Shown here: positions 28,778 through 37,600 of the stretch, piece after piece
Position numbering within the stretch: the first letter of the stretch is position 1
How the letters are laid out: every line of letters begins with the position of its first letter
DNA from: an uncultured Pseudomonadota bacterium
GTDB taxonomy: Bacteria; Oederibacteriota; Muellerivitia; Muellerivitales; Muellerivitaceae
Reading direction: 5' to 3'
Assembly: GCA_963843375.1 (NCBI GenBank)
Contig: CAWJKT010000004.1
Coordinates: 224,001 to 288,000 of the forward strand
Length of the DNA stretch: 64,000 nt
Program-made: the position numbers and the translations under genes
The notes under the pieces: model-generated
The model's database searches: none
What the model saw: only the letters and a program-made list of their open reading frames with translations
Told to the model about the DNA's origin: nothing

Positions 28778-29131
28778 ATGGAAAAAGACAAGAATCTTTA
28801 TAAGGTGATGATGATGTCGGGTATTTTTCGTTTGGACCACGGCCGCTGGCCGCAAAGCGCCGCCGAGTTGAAAGACTTTACGGAACAAAAGGGATGGAAT
28901 CTGGACTTCTCCCCTTATTACACACTGACCTTCCAAACCGATGACTGGCGCTGCTTAGTGGTGGAAGTTTCCTGGTTGGAAGACGGGGACTGGCTGACGC
29001 GCCGAAGGTTCGAAATCGAGCCCTATTTCTTTGAGAAGGGTTTGGACCAAAGCATTCCCTTGAGGATCCGTTCCCGGGCCCTGCCTCCCCTCAAGGCAGA
29101 GGTAAAAACCTATTGTCCCTTGGCTTCCTAA
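28778..29131 (+). CDS. hypothetical protein, paralog of the previous gene
   Basis: GGGAGG RBS before ATG 28778; MEKDKNLYKVMMMSGIFRLDHGRWPQSAAELKDF. Confidence 0.78.
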   Translation: MEKDKNLYKVMMMSGIFRLDHGRWPQSAAELKDFTEQKGWNLDFSPYYTLTFQTDDWRCLVVEVSWLEDGDWLTRRRFEIEPYFFEKGLDQSIPLRIRSRALPPLKAEVKTYCPLAS

Positions 29132-29136
29132 ATCTT

Positions 29137-29943
29137 TTAGGAAGCCGGGGTGCCTTCTTCCTTTTTCTCGTCGAAATGCATGCCCACGATATTGGCTCCG
29201 GCGTCCACGTAAATAATCTCGCCCGTCACCCCCGAGGCCCAGGAACTGGCCAGGTAGGTAGCGGTATTGCCGACTTCATCCTGGGAAACATTTCGTTTCA
29301 AGGGCGTCATGTCTCCCGCGGTCTTGAGCATGCTCTTGAAACCGCCCACGCCGGAGGCGGCCAGGGTTTTGATGGGCCCGGCGGAGATGGCGTTCACCCG
29401 GATACCCTTCGAACCCAAATCATAGGCCAGGTAGCGCACGGAACATTCCAAGGCGGCTTTAGCCACTCCCATCACGTTGTAATTGGGAATCACCTTCTCG
29501 GAACCGTAATAGGTAAGGGTAATGACGCTTCCGCCTTCATTTAAGAGAGGGACGGCGGGCCGGGTAATGCCGATCAGGCTATAGGATGAAATATCCAAGG
29601 CTAGATGGAACCCGGCACGGCTGGTGTTGGAAAAGGCCCCCGAAAGCTCGTCCTTGTTGGCAAAAGCGATGCAATGCACCAAGATGTCAAACTTGCCCCA
29701 GACTTTCGCGACTTCTTTATAGAGAGTTTCAATCTCCGCGTCCTTGGAGACGTCGCAGGGAAGGATCAGCTTGGCGTTCACCGATTCGGCCAGTGGACGC
29801 ACCCGCTTTTCCAATGCTTCGCCCAGGAAGTTAAAGCCGAGTTCGGCCCCCTCTGTGTGGAAAGCCTTGGCAATGCCCCAGGCAATCGACCTATCGTTTG
29901 CGACCCCGAAGATGAAAGCTTTTTTCCCGGTTAGTAATCCCAT
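29137..29943 (-). CDS. fabI: enoyl-ACP reductase
   Basis: GVANDRSIAWGIA, YNVMGVAKAALE, NAISAGPIKTLAA. Confidence 0.96.
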   Translation of the reverse strand: MGLLTGKKAFIFGVANDRSIAWGIAKAFHTEGAELGFNFLGEALEKRVRPLAESVNAKLILPCDVSKDAEIETLYKEVAKVWGKFDILVHCIAFANKDELSGAFSNTSRAGFHLALDISSYSLIGITRPAVPLLNEGGSVITLTYYGSEKVIPNYNVMGVAKAALECSVRYLAYDLGSKGIRVNAISAGPIKTLAASGVGGFKSMLKTAGDMTPLKRNVSQDEVGNTATYLASSWASGVTGEIIYVDAGANIVGMHFDEKKEEGTPAS

Positions 29944-30116
29944 TTCCAATTCCTCCATTGGCTTTTAGAAGAGCCTCTTGCGGACCTAACTTAACGGTTT
30001 TTCAAGGCACTTTAAAGTACAAAAAGCCCGCAAAAAGACGGGAAGACCTTTATTTTGGAACAAGCTTTACGAATAATGTTTACCACGAAGGACAGACTAT
30101 TCACCAAAGGACAAGG

Positions 30117-30419
30117 ATGATCAAGCATCTGGTTCTGTGGAAATTAAAAGATAGCGCCGAAGGGAAGACCCGGCAGGAAAACGCCTTGGAATTGAAAGCG
30201 GCTTTGGAAGATTTGAAAGGCAAGGTGCCGGAAATCCACATGCTGGAAGTGGGTTTGAATTTCAACCCGGCCGATACCGCCTGCGACCTTTCGCTTTATT
30301 CCGAGTTCAAGTCGCGGGAAGACCTGGAAAAGTACCAGAGGCATCCGGAACATTTGAAGGTCGTGGAGTTGGTGAAGAAAGTGACACAAGAACGCCGCGT
30401 GTCGGATTATGAAATTTAA
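30117..30419 (+). CDS. Dabb (stress-responsive A/B barrel) protein
   Basis: MIKHLVLWKLK...YQRHPEH...DYE. Confidence 0.9.
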   Translation: MIKHLVLWKLKDSAEGKTRQENALELKAALEDLKGKVPEIHMLEVGLNFNPADTACDLSLYSEFKSREDLEKYQRHPEHLKVVELVKKVTQERRVSDYEI

Positions 30420-30489
30420 TATTCAATAACGGATGAACGTTAAAAAATTATTTATCCGTTCTCATCCGTCGAAATTTAAGGAGATCCCC

Positions 30490-31371
30490 ATGCCAAAGTC
30501 ATCCCATCCCCCATCCAAATCGTCGAAAGTCCCTAAGGGTAAATCTGCGACGGCGAAGCCGTCGAAATCAAAATCCGGCGCAGGCGGAGCTTCAGGCAAT
30601 CTCAAAATCGCTACCTTCAACGCCAATTCCATCCGGGTGCGCATGGGCATTCTATTGGACTGGCTGAAAAAAGAAAAACCGGACGTTTTGGCGGTGCAGG
30701 AAACCAAAGTCCAAGACCATGAGTTTCCCCGGGAACCCCTGGAGGCTGACGGGTGGAACGTGGTTTTTCACGGCCAAAAAAGCTACAACGGCGTGGCCTT
30801 CATTTCCCAAAAGCCGCTCGAAAAAGTGGAAATGGGTTTTTACAAGAAGCCGGATGAACAAGCGAGATTCATCACAGGGGAGATTGGGGGCGTCCGGCTT
30901 TTTAATACGTACATTCCGCAAGGGTTCGACATCGAATCCGAAAAATATCAGTACAAGCTAAAGTACTTGGCGGATTTGAAAAAATATTTCGAGAAGAACG
31001 TGCCCAACTCCATGCCCGCTCTTTGGATGGGCGACCTCAACGTTGCCCGTACCGAAATCGACCTCAATAATCCCAAGGGCAACCAGGACCATCCTTGCTT
31101 TCACATCGACGCACGCAACGCTCTGGAGGAAGTGATGAAAGGGAAATGGACCGACCTTTTCCGGGAAAAAGAAAAAGGGCCCGGCCACTATACCTTTTGG
31201 GATATGCGCCAGCCGGGCACCTTTCAGCGGAACCTGGGGTGGAGGATCGATTTGATCCTGGGCACCCAGCCGATGGTAGATCGCCTCCAAAAAATCTGGA
31301 TTGATACCAAGCCTCGTGGCCTGGAAAAGCCCTCGGACCATACCTTTTTAATTGGGGAATTTACCCGGTAG
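30490..31371 (+). CDS. xth: exodeoxyribonuclease III with a Lys/Ser-rich N-terminal extension
   Basis: KIATFNANSIR, VQETK, YNGVA, GDLN, GWRID, PSDH. Confidence 0.94.
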   Translation: MPKSSHPPSKSSKVPKGKSATAKPSKSKSGAGGASGNLKIATFNANSIRVRMGILLDWLKKEKPDVLAVQETKVQDHEFPREPLEADGWNVVFHGQKSYNGVAFISQKPLEKVEMGFYKKPDEQARFITGEIGGVRLFNTYIPQGFDIESEKYQYKLKYLADLKKYFEKNVPNSMPALWMGDLNVARTEIDLNNPKGNQDHPCFHIDARNALEEVMKGKWTDLFREKEKGPGHYTFWDMRQPGTFQRNLGWRIDLILGTQPMVDRLQKIWIDTKPRGLEKPSDHTFLIGEFTR

Positions 31372-31454
31372 CTCCCTTTGGGGTCCCCCGATTTTCAAAC
31401 ACCGGGGATGGTGATGGGGTTTGACTCGTTTTACCTGATTTTCTTCACCTTTTA

Positions 31455-31483
31455 TTGACTAATAAAACCAGGGGGTGGATAAT
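31455..31483 (+). promoter_or_regulatory. putative sigma70 promoter of the pilin-like operon
   Basis: TTGACT-17 bp-GATAAT, about 110 bp upstream of ATG 31593. Confidence 0.5.
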
Positions 31484-31592
31484 CAACACGGGTAGGTTTT
31501 TATAATGTTTCCCGCCGGAGTTGCCGCTCCCCCGTTTTTCCTTATTTCATGCTAAAATTCAGCTGAAAAACATCGATTTTGGAGCGGCGTCT

Positions 31593-32573
31593 ATGGGTCA
31601 TATATCGTTGCAATCTAAGCTTTCACGATTCGCCAATGCCTTTGGGCAGTTCTTGGGTGTTTCCTCTCATTCCACCGAGCGGTTTCCTTTTTCCAAAATT
31701 CAAGATTCCCGGGGTTCCGCTCTGGTGATGGCGGCTATTTTCATGCTAGTGGCCTCGGTGCTCATCACGGTGGGTGTCAAGCTGGTCGCTAACGCTTCCC
31801 GTGGTGCCAAGGAAAAAGAACTCTACGTCGGCGAGGCGGAAAACGTGGCAAGAGCGGGGCTCATCGACGCGCTCGCCTGGTTCCGCAGGCAAGCCGGCAA
31901 CGGCGGTGTCGTCAGCGCTTACACGGGAGGCGCGGCAGTGCCGGGGCAATCGTCCGTCACTTGGGCAATCAACCCCGATATCAAGGTTCCTCCCTCGCCC
32001 ACGCCCACCCCCACGAGCTACACTTATACCTACGTGGACGAAGCTTTCAATCCTCAAGGCAATACTACCGATCCCCAGCTTGCGGACACCATCGCGGCTA
32101 GTATTGGCCTCGTCGGCGAATATCCCTTGAGCGATCCTGTGACGGCTAACTGTCTTTATTGGGCGAGGTTCGAGGTGCCCAAACAGGGCGCTGGCGCCAT
32201 GGCCACGACTGCGGTCCACGACATTACCGGGGAACGAACCGGCGACGTGAACGGCGACGGGTTCGTCTGGTCCATCCAGTCGACGGGTTACGTTTATAAA
32301 AGATTGGATAAAAGAGTCGACATCTACGGCAACTGGATCGTCCCTTATAATTCAGCCCCCAACACCGTTGTGGCTAAGGCCGAATTTTCCACCGAGTTAA
32401 GAAAATTAGGTTTGAACCTGCCCGTGCCCACACCCGGTCCTAGCGTTTATTCATCGGGGCTTTACGTATACAACGCGGGCCAGTGCGTTACCCTCACATC
32501 CGGTGAAAGCCTCCTGGACGGGGCGGTGTCCCAAATCGATACCTTCGGAGTGATCGGGCTATCGAGCCCTTAG
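31593..32573 (+). CDS. PilX/GspK-like minor pilin, N-terminal part
   Basis: Class III-type leader SRG|SALVMAAIFMLVASVLITVG lacking Glu5 (typical of PilX/GspK), then EAENVARAGL and WSIQSTGYV. Confidence 0.7.
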   Translation: MGHISLQSKLSRFANAFGQFLGVSSHSTERFPFSKIQDSRGSALVMAAIFMLVASVLITVGVKLVANASRGAKEKELYVGEAENVARAGLIDALAWFRRQAGNGGVVSAYTGGAAVPGQSSVTWAINPDIKVPPSPTPTPTSYTYTYVDEAFNPQGNTTDPQLADTIAASIGLVGEYPLSDPVTANCLYWARFEVPKQGAGAMATTAVHDITGERTGDVNGDGFVWSIQSTGYVYKRLDKRVDIYGNWIVPYNSAPNTVVAKAEFSTELRKLGLNLPVPTPGPSVYSSGLYVYNAGQCVTLTSGESLLDGAVSQIDTFGVIGLSSP

Positions 32574-32637
32574 GGGGAACGAAGGGGGAAAGCAAAAGCC
32601 GCGCGAAACGAGTTGAATTTTTCAAGGGGGTCGAGAG

Positions 32638-34605
32638 ATGAGGGTTCGGGTCAAAAAAATTTTTCGGAAGGTCTTTGCTTTGGGGTTCCTGAAGCCATGG
32701 CTTCTCCTTGTCCTGGCCCTGTTTTTACTGACCCAAGTTTCCTATGCCGCTCCTACTTCCACTCCCAGCAAAACCCCGACCAGCACCATCACTGAAACCT
32801 TCACGAAGACTGCGACCAGCACTATCACCCAAACCTTAACTCAGACCCCAACCAGCACTTACACGAATACCGCGACCAGTACCATCACCGAAACCTTAAC
32901 GAAAACCGCGACCAACACTTTCACCAATACTGCGACCAGCACCATTACCCAAACCTTAACCCAAACCCCGACCAATACCCCTACGACTACCCCGACCAGC
33001 ACCATCACCGAAACCTTAACGAAAACCGCGACCAGTACCGCGACCAATACCATCACCCAAACCTTAACGCAAACCCCGACCAACACACCCTCGAATACCA
33101 CGACCAGCACCATCACCCAAACCTTAACGCAAACCCCGACCAATACCGCGACCAATACCATCACCCAAACATTGACGAAAACCGCGACCAGTACCGCGAC
33201 CAATACAATCACCCAAACTTTAACGCAAACCCCGACCAACACACCCTCGAATACCACGACCAGCACCATCACCCAAACCTTAACGCAAACCCCGACCAAT
33301 ACCGCGACCAATACCATCACCCAAACATTGACGAAAACCGCGACTAGTACGACCACTCCCACTTTCACCTATACTCCAACCCTCACCCAAACCAATAGTG
33401 TGACGAGTTCACCGACCTATACAGCCACCCCAACGGCAACTAATACCATCACCCAAACCTTAACGAAAACTCAGACCAATAGCCCGACCTATACCACCAC
33501 AAGAACGGCAACCTTTACCATCACTGAAACTTTAACTACTACCGCGACCAATTCCCCGACCCCGACTAAGACCTTTACCGCGACCAATTCCCCGACCTTG
33601 ACTAAGACCTTTACCACGACCAATACCCCCACTAAAACGGCTTCTTACACCACCACCTTTACTCAGACCAAAACAGACACCAATTCCCCGACCGTTACCC
33701 TGACCTTTACCACCACCAAAACTACGACAGCAACCCCGTCCTTTACCCCCAGCGGGACACCTACCAATACCCCATGTTTCGTTATTCTTCACGGGATCGA
33801 AGTCCTCTGCACCAATACGCCCGGGATACCCACAAATACCTTTACTCCCTACATTACCCCCACCCCCACCATTACCAATACTTTCACCAATACCTATACC
33901 TTCACCAATTCCCCGACCATCACCAATACCCCCACTCCCTGTTACGTCACCAATAGCGGTGGGGCGACGGTTCTTTGTTCCTGCGATGAGCCCCAAAACG
34001 CTAATGCGGGCGACTTCCAGGGTGGGGTCACCTGCTTCAACGGTCCCGCCTCTCTCCTGACTTCGGAAAGCGTCTTCGGGATGAACCTGGCCGACGTCAA
34101 AAATGTCGCCGACTATATCGGCAGTTCCTCCAATGGGACCTCCATTGTCCTGGATATCACCTCCGATTGGAAACTCTCCTATTTCGATGGACCGGTCACC
34201 TATGGCCCTGATCAGCCCTTTCCCTATACCACCTTGGGCGCTCCCAAAACCGACACCACCCCGCAGACAAGCGGCTTCGGTATCCTGGTTGTCAACGGCG
34301 ACTTGACCTTGCAGGAAGGCAGCGGAAGCACCCTACCCAGTTCCTGGGGCGGTGTGATTTATTGCACTGGTAACCTAACCGTGGGGGGCGGGTGCGTCAT
34401 CACCGGGGCGGTCATCATGGGAATTCCCGATTCCAACGCGGCGGACGGCAACTACGGAACCATCACCCTTACCGGAAGCGCGGGTAATTTCGGACAGGTT
34501 ATCTATAGCCCCACCCTGGTGACGACGGCCGAGGAACTGGTGGGCGTTTACCGGGAAGATATCAGTGAAACGAAAAAGCTGCTGGCGATTCCCTTTTCCC
34601 AATAA
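32638..34605 (+). CDS. secreted protein: signal peptide, ~400-aa (Thr-X)n stalk and PilX-like C-terminal beta domain
   Basis: Sec signal ending VSYA; Thr at alternate positions over 32752-33939; C-terminal VFGMNLADVKNVAD...GILVVNGDLTL...GGVIYCTGNLTV...GAVI...YRE. Confidence 0.75.
   Translation: MRVRVKKIFRKVFALGFLKPWLLLVLALFLLTQVSYAAPTSTPSKTPTSTITETFTKTATSTITQTLTQTPTSTYTNTATSTITETLTKTATNTFTNTATSTITQTLTQTPTNTPTTTPTSTITETLTKTATSTATNTITQTLTQTPTNTPSNTTTSTITQTLTQTPTNTATNTITQTLTKTATSTATNTITQTLTQTPTNTPSNTTTSTITQTLTQTPTNTATNTITQTLTKTATSTTTPTFTYTPTLTQTNSVTSSPTYTATPTATNTITQTLTKTQTNSPTYTTTRTATFTITETLTTTATNSPTPTKTFTATNSPTLTKTFTTTNTPTKTASYTTTFTQTKTDTNSPTVTLTFTTTKTTTATPSFTPSGTPTNTPCFVILHGIEVLCTNTPGIPTNTFTPYITPTPTITNTFTNTYTFTNSPTITNTPTPCYVTNSGGATVLCSCDEPQNANAGDFQGGVTCFNGPASLLTSESVFGMNLADVKNVADYIGSSSNGTSIVLDITSDWKLSYFDGPVTYGPDQPFPYTTLGAPKTDTTPQTSGFGILVVNGDLTLQEGSGSTLPSSWGGVIYCTGNLTVGGGCVITGAVIMGIPDSNAADGNYGTITLTGSAGNFGQVIYSPTLVTTAEELVGVYREDISETKKLLAIPFSQ
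33019..33350 (+). repeat. near-perfect 156-bp (52-aa) tandem duplication inside the Thr-rich coding repeat
   Basis: Unit TKTATSTATNTITQTLTQTPTNTPSNTTTSTITQTLTQTPTNTATNTITQTL starts at 33019 and 33175, with a partial third copy at 33331. Shorter ACCATCACCCAAACCTTAAC sub-repeats occur throughout. Confidence 0.9.
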
Positions 34606-34628
34606 GGAAAGCCGAAGGGTCTAAACAA

Positions 34629-37600
34629 ATGAGCGTGAAAAAACTTTCCCAAGCCGGGTTCAATCTGGTGGAACTGATGATCGCCGTGGGCATTCTTGCG
34701 GGGCTCTCTTCCGCCGTAATGATGGCCCGGTCCTACATGGCCAAACAAACGGTCAGCACCAACGACAAGGCTTATGCCACCCAAAAAGCCATCCAAATGT
34801 TCGAGGAACTCAAGGCCCTGGTGAATGGCAGCGAGAACTCGGTTAATGTTTTGGACAACTACAGCGACGGAACCAATTACAACCCCATTCTCACCACCGA
34901 TACCACCGTGAACAATGGCGTCACCGCCAACGCGGGGAACGCCTTGAGCGGAAACAAGCCCACACAAGGCGGCGCCTGGCGCTACCTACGGCAGATCCAG
35001 GTCAACCATGTGGCCAACGACGCCTACACCCGCCAGATCATCATCAAAGTTTGGCTCTACCAGTCGGACGCCAATCCCACCCTGCCCGGTACGCTCCTGT
35101 CCGAAATCGGGGGCAACCTGAGGACCATCGCCAGCACTTTCCCCCCCACACAGGTCATGGATGTTTACGTGCTGGCCATCAATAACATCGCCGGATGGTG
35201 GGCCCATGAGCCGGTCCTTTACCAGACCTTCCAAAGCATCATCAACGATATCCAAGGCCGGAACCCGGGGTTTGCCATCCGGCCCCACTATATCACTCGC
35301 ACTTCCTATGGGCGCGACAGCCAATACTTGCCTTACATCAATATTTATCCCTATAACACCGACGGAAATAACGACGCCACCGGCTCTCTCGTCACCACCT
35401 CCACCACGATCGGAAATATGCCTTTCGTTTACATGTATCCCGGCTATACCTACGAGGACGCCGCCGATGGCAGCGTGAGCGACTGCTTTTACGATCCGGG
35501 GCAGTCTCAGGACATCCCCCTGGGGGTTTGCCTGGACGGGAATTTCGACGTGGGGGGTTCCTACGACGATACCAGCCTGCAATTCACCAACTGTCCCAAT
35601 TACACCGTGGCGGACATGTATAACAACAGCATGCGTTACCCCGACGAACTGGCCATGTACCAGGCCGTCACCTCGGCCGCCTCCAGTGCCGTCCCCGCCG
35701 TCCCCGCCCAGGATTCGGTCACTGAAATCAGCTGGCGCATGTTGATGGAAGGAATGCTGGACGAACCCCAATCCTTCACCAACGCCCTCATCGTCAACCT
35801 TCACGGCGAACTTTGTCCCCTTCCGCCCATGCGTAATTATTCGGACCCCGCCAAGGACCCTGGCAGCCTGGACAACGCCAACGACACTAACATCCGAGTC
35901 GTCACCCACCCGCAAATGCTCTATTACCCCGGCAATTCAACAACCAGCGCAAATGTTGGGGTCACCCTCAATGTTTACGCCTATTACGACGGAATGGACG
36001 CCGCAGTCTCCCTGGACAGCCTCTACTCCCCGGTCAACGATCCTAAAACCAACATCAGTCTGTTCTTTCCCGACCTCAATACCGGCGCCAGCATCTTGGG
36101 GGTGACCGCCATCATCGGCAATTCGAGCCAGGCCTCGACTGTGGCTCCCGCCACGGGCCCCGTCACCTATCAATATGACGCCTTCACCATTCCAACCGGA
36201 GGATCGGGCAGCACACCTGGTATTTATAATGGAAGCCTTGCGGACGGAACCAACATCACGGGTCAGGGTCCCGTGAGCGTTGGCGTCAGTTACGTGGGGG
36301 CCAATAAGCAAATGCTCATCACCCTTTACAATACCCGTTTGCGCTGTCCTAGCGGACCCTCCACGTCGGTCGCGGCGAATGGCGCCACAATTGGCGGTTT
36401 GAACATCTTTGACCGTTTATACGGCTTGGAATATATCCCCTGCAGCCCAGACATGAGTTCCCTGACCAGTCCCGTTACTTTTACCAAGCAGGATTTGACC
36501 GATCCCGCTGCAAACGGAACGCCCAAAAATACCGCCCGTTGGCTGGTCAGCCTTTCCGTGCCTGTCACCTCAGGATTCCCCTTTGTCACCGCTGCCACCC
36601 CCTTAACGATCCAAAACGCAAGCGGCATACCCCAGATTTATGACAAACCCGTCACTTTCATTGGGCAACACACTATTGAGACCCGCATCGGCGCTGCGGT
36701 GACTTCCAACGGAGCCCCCAGCAACCTTTCCCGCACTTACCTATGGACCGGCTGGTCGGCCGTTGCGGACGAGGGATCGTCCTATGTCACCACGGGAACA
36801 TTCCCCCCGACCACCGAACAATACCAATTCCTGGGCGACCCTCGGCATGAACCTTACCTGGACGTCAAAGTCGGTGGCATCAATAACGGTCAAGCCGTCG
36901 TCATCCAGAAAAATGGCTACAACTGGTATTTCAAGGATGGGGCGAGGCCCACGACGGGCGTGCCGGTCGCCAACTCGGTGGGGATGAACAATGACGGTTA
37001 TGTCAGTTTCGGAATCGCGGGGGACACCAGCGGATCACTGCAAAACGGCCCCGGCACCCGGTATGGGGGCTGGTGGGGCGCCGATGGCAATTTCGTGGAC
37101 CTCCCCCGGTTCCACTCCATGGTCATGAATGGCCTTTTAAACGCCACCGGGGTCTGGACCACCATGAACGGTTGGACCTATTACTATTATGGAATGGGGG
37201 GAGAATTTGGGAGCGACCAGCCGCCCTTCCAGAATGGCATCACTATTAATGCATCCCTTTACAGCACCACGGCCAACGCCGCCGTCGACTACGTTTCTGA
37301 GATCATTCCATATACCGATGGGGGCGCGGCCTCTATCACCTCCTTGCACCTGCCCGCCAATACCCAACAAACCTGGTACGCGAAGACTTGGCTGGGGGAA
37401 CTTTATCCCGACAGCATGTACACCGCTTGGAGTTTTTACGGAAACCTTCCCTCGGCAAATATCGGGGGGCCTTCGAAGTTCACTTTTTACCGGGAGGATT
37501 TTGGAAGCATCCCCACCACCCTTTACAGCGGAACCGTGACTGTTTCCTACGGCAACGGAAATTCCCTGACCGGGTTTGGGCGCCAAGTCACCAACCGTGC

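Noticed and set aside
27599..29131. Prophage repressor/cro switch
   Set aside because: The protein has a LexA-type wHTH and a repair-gene neighbour, and there are no phage structural or integration genes.
32574..32637. Stop-codon readthrough or simple frameshift joining the two PilX-like halves
   Set aside because: The ORFs are in different frames, the downstream frame has a TGA at 32614, and the second ORF has its own signal peptide.
32859..33368. Val-rich hydrophobic minus-strand ORF
   Set aside because: Antisense shadow of the ACC/ACG Thr codons.
32752..33939. CRISPR-like or non-coding repeat array
   Set aside because: The repeats are in-frame codon repeats of a Thr-rich protein with no unique spacers, and there are no cas genes.
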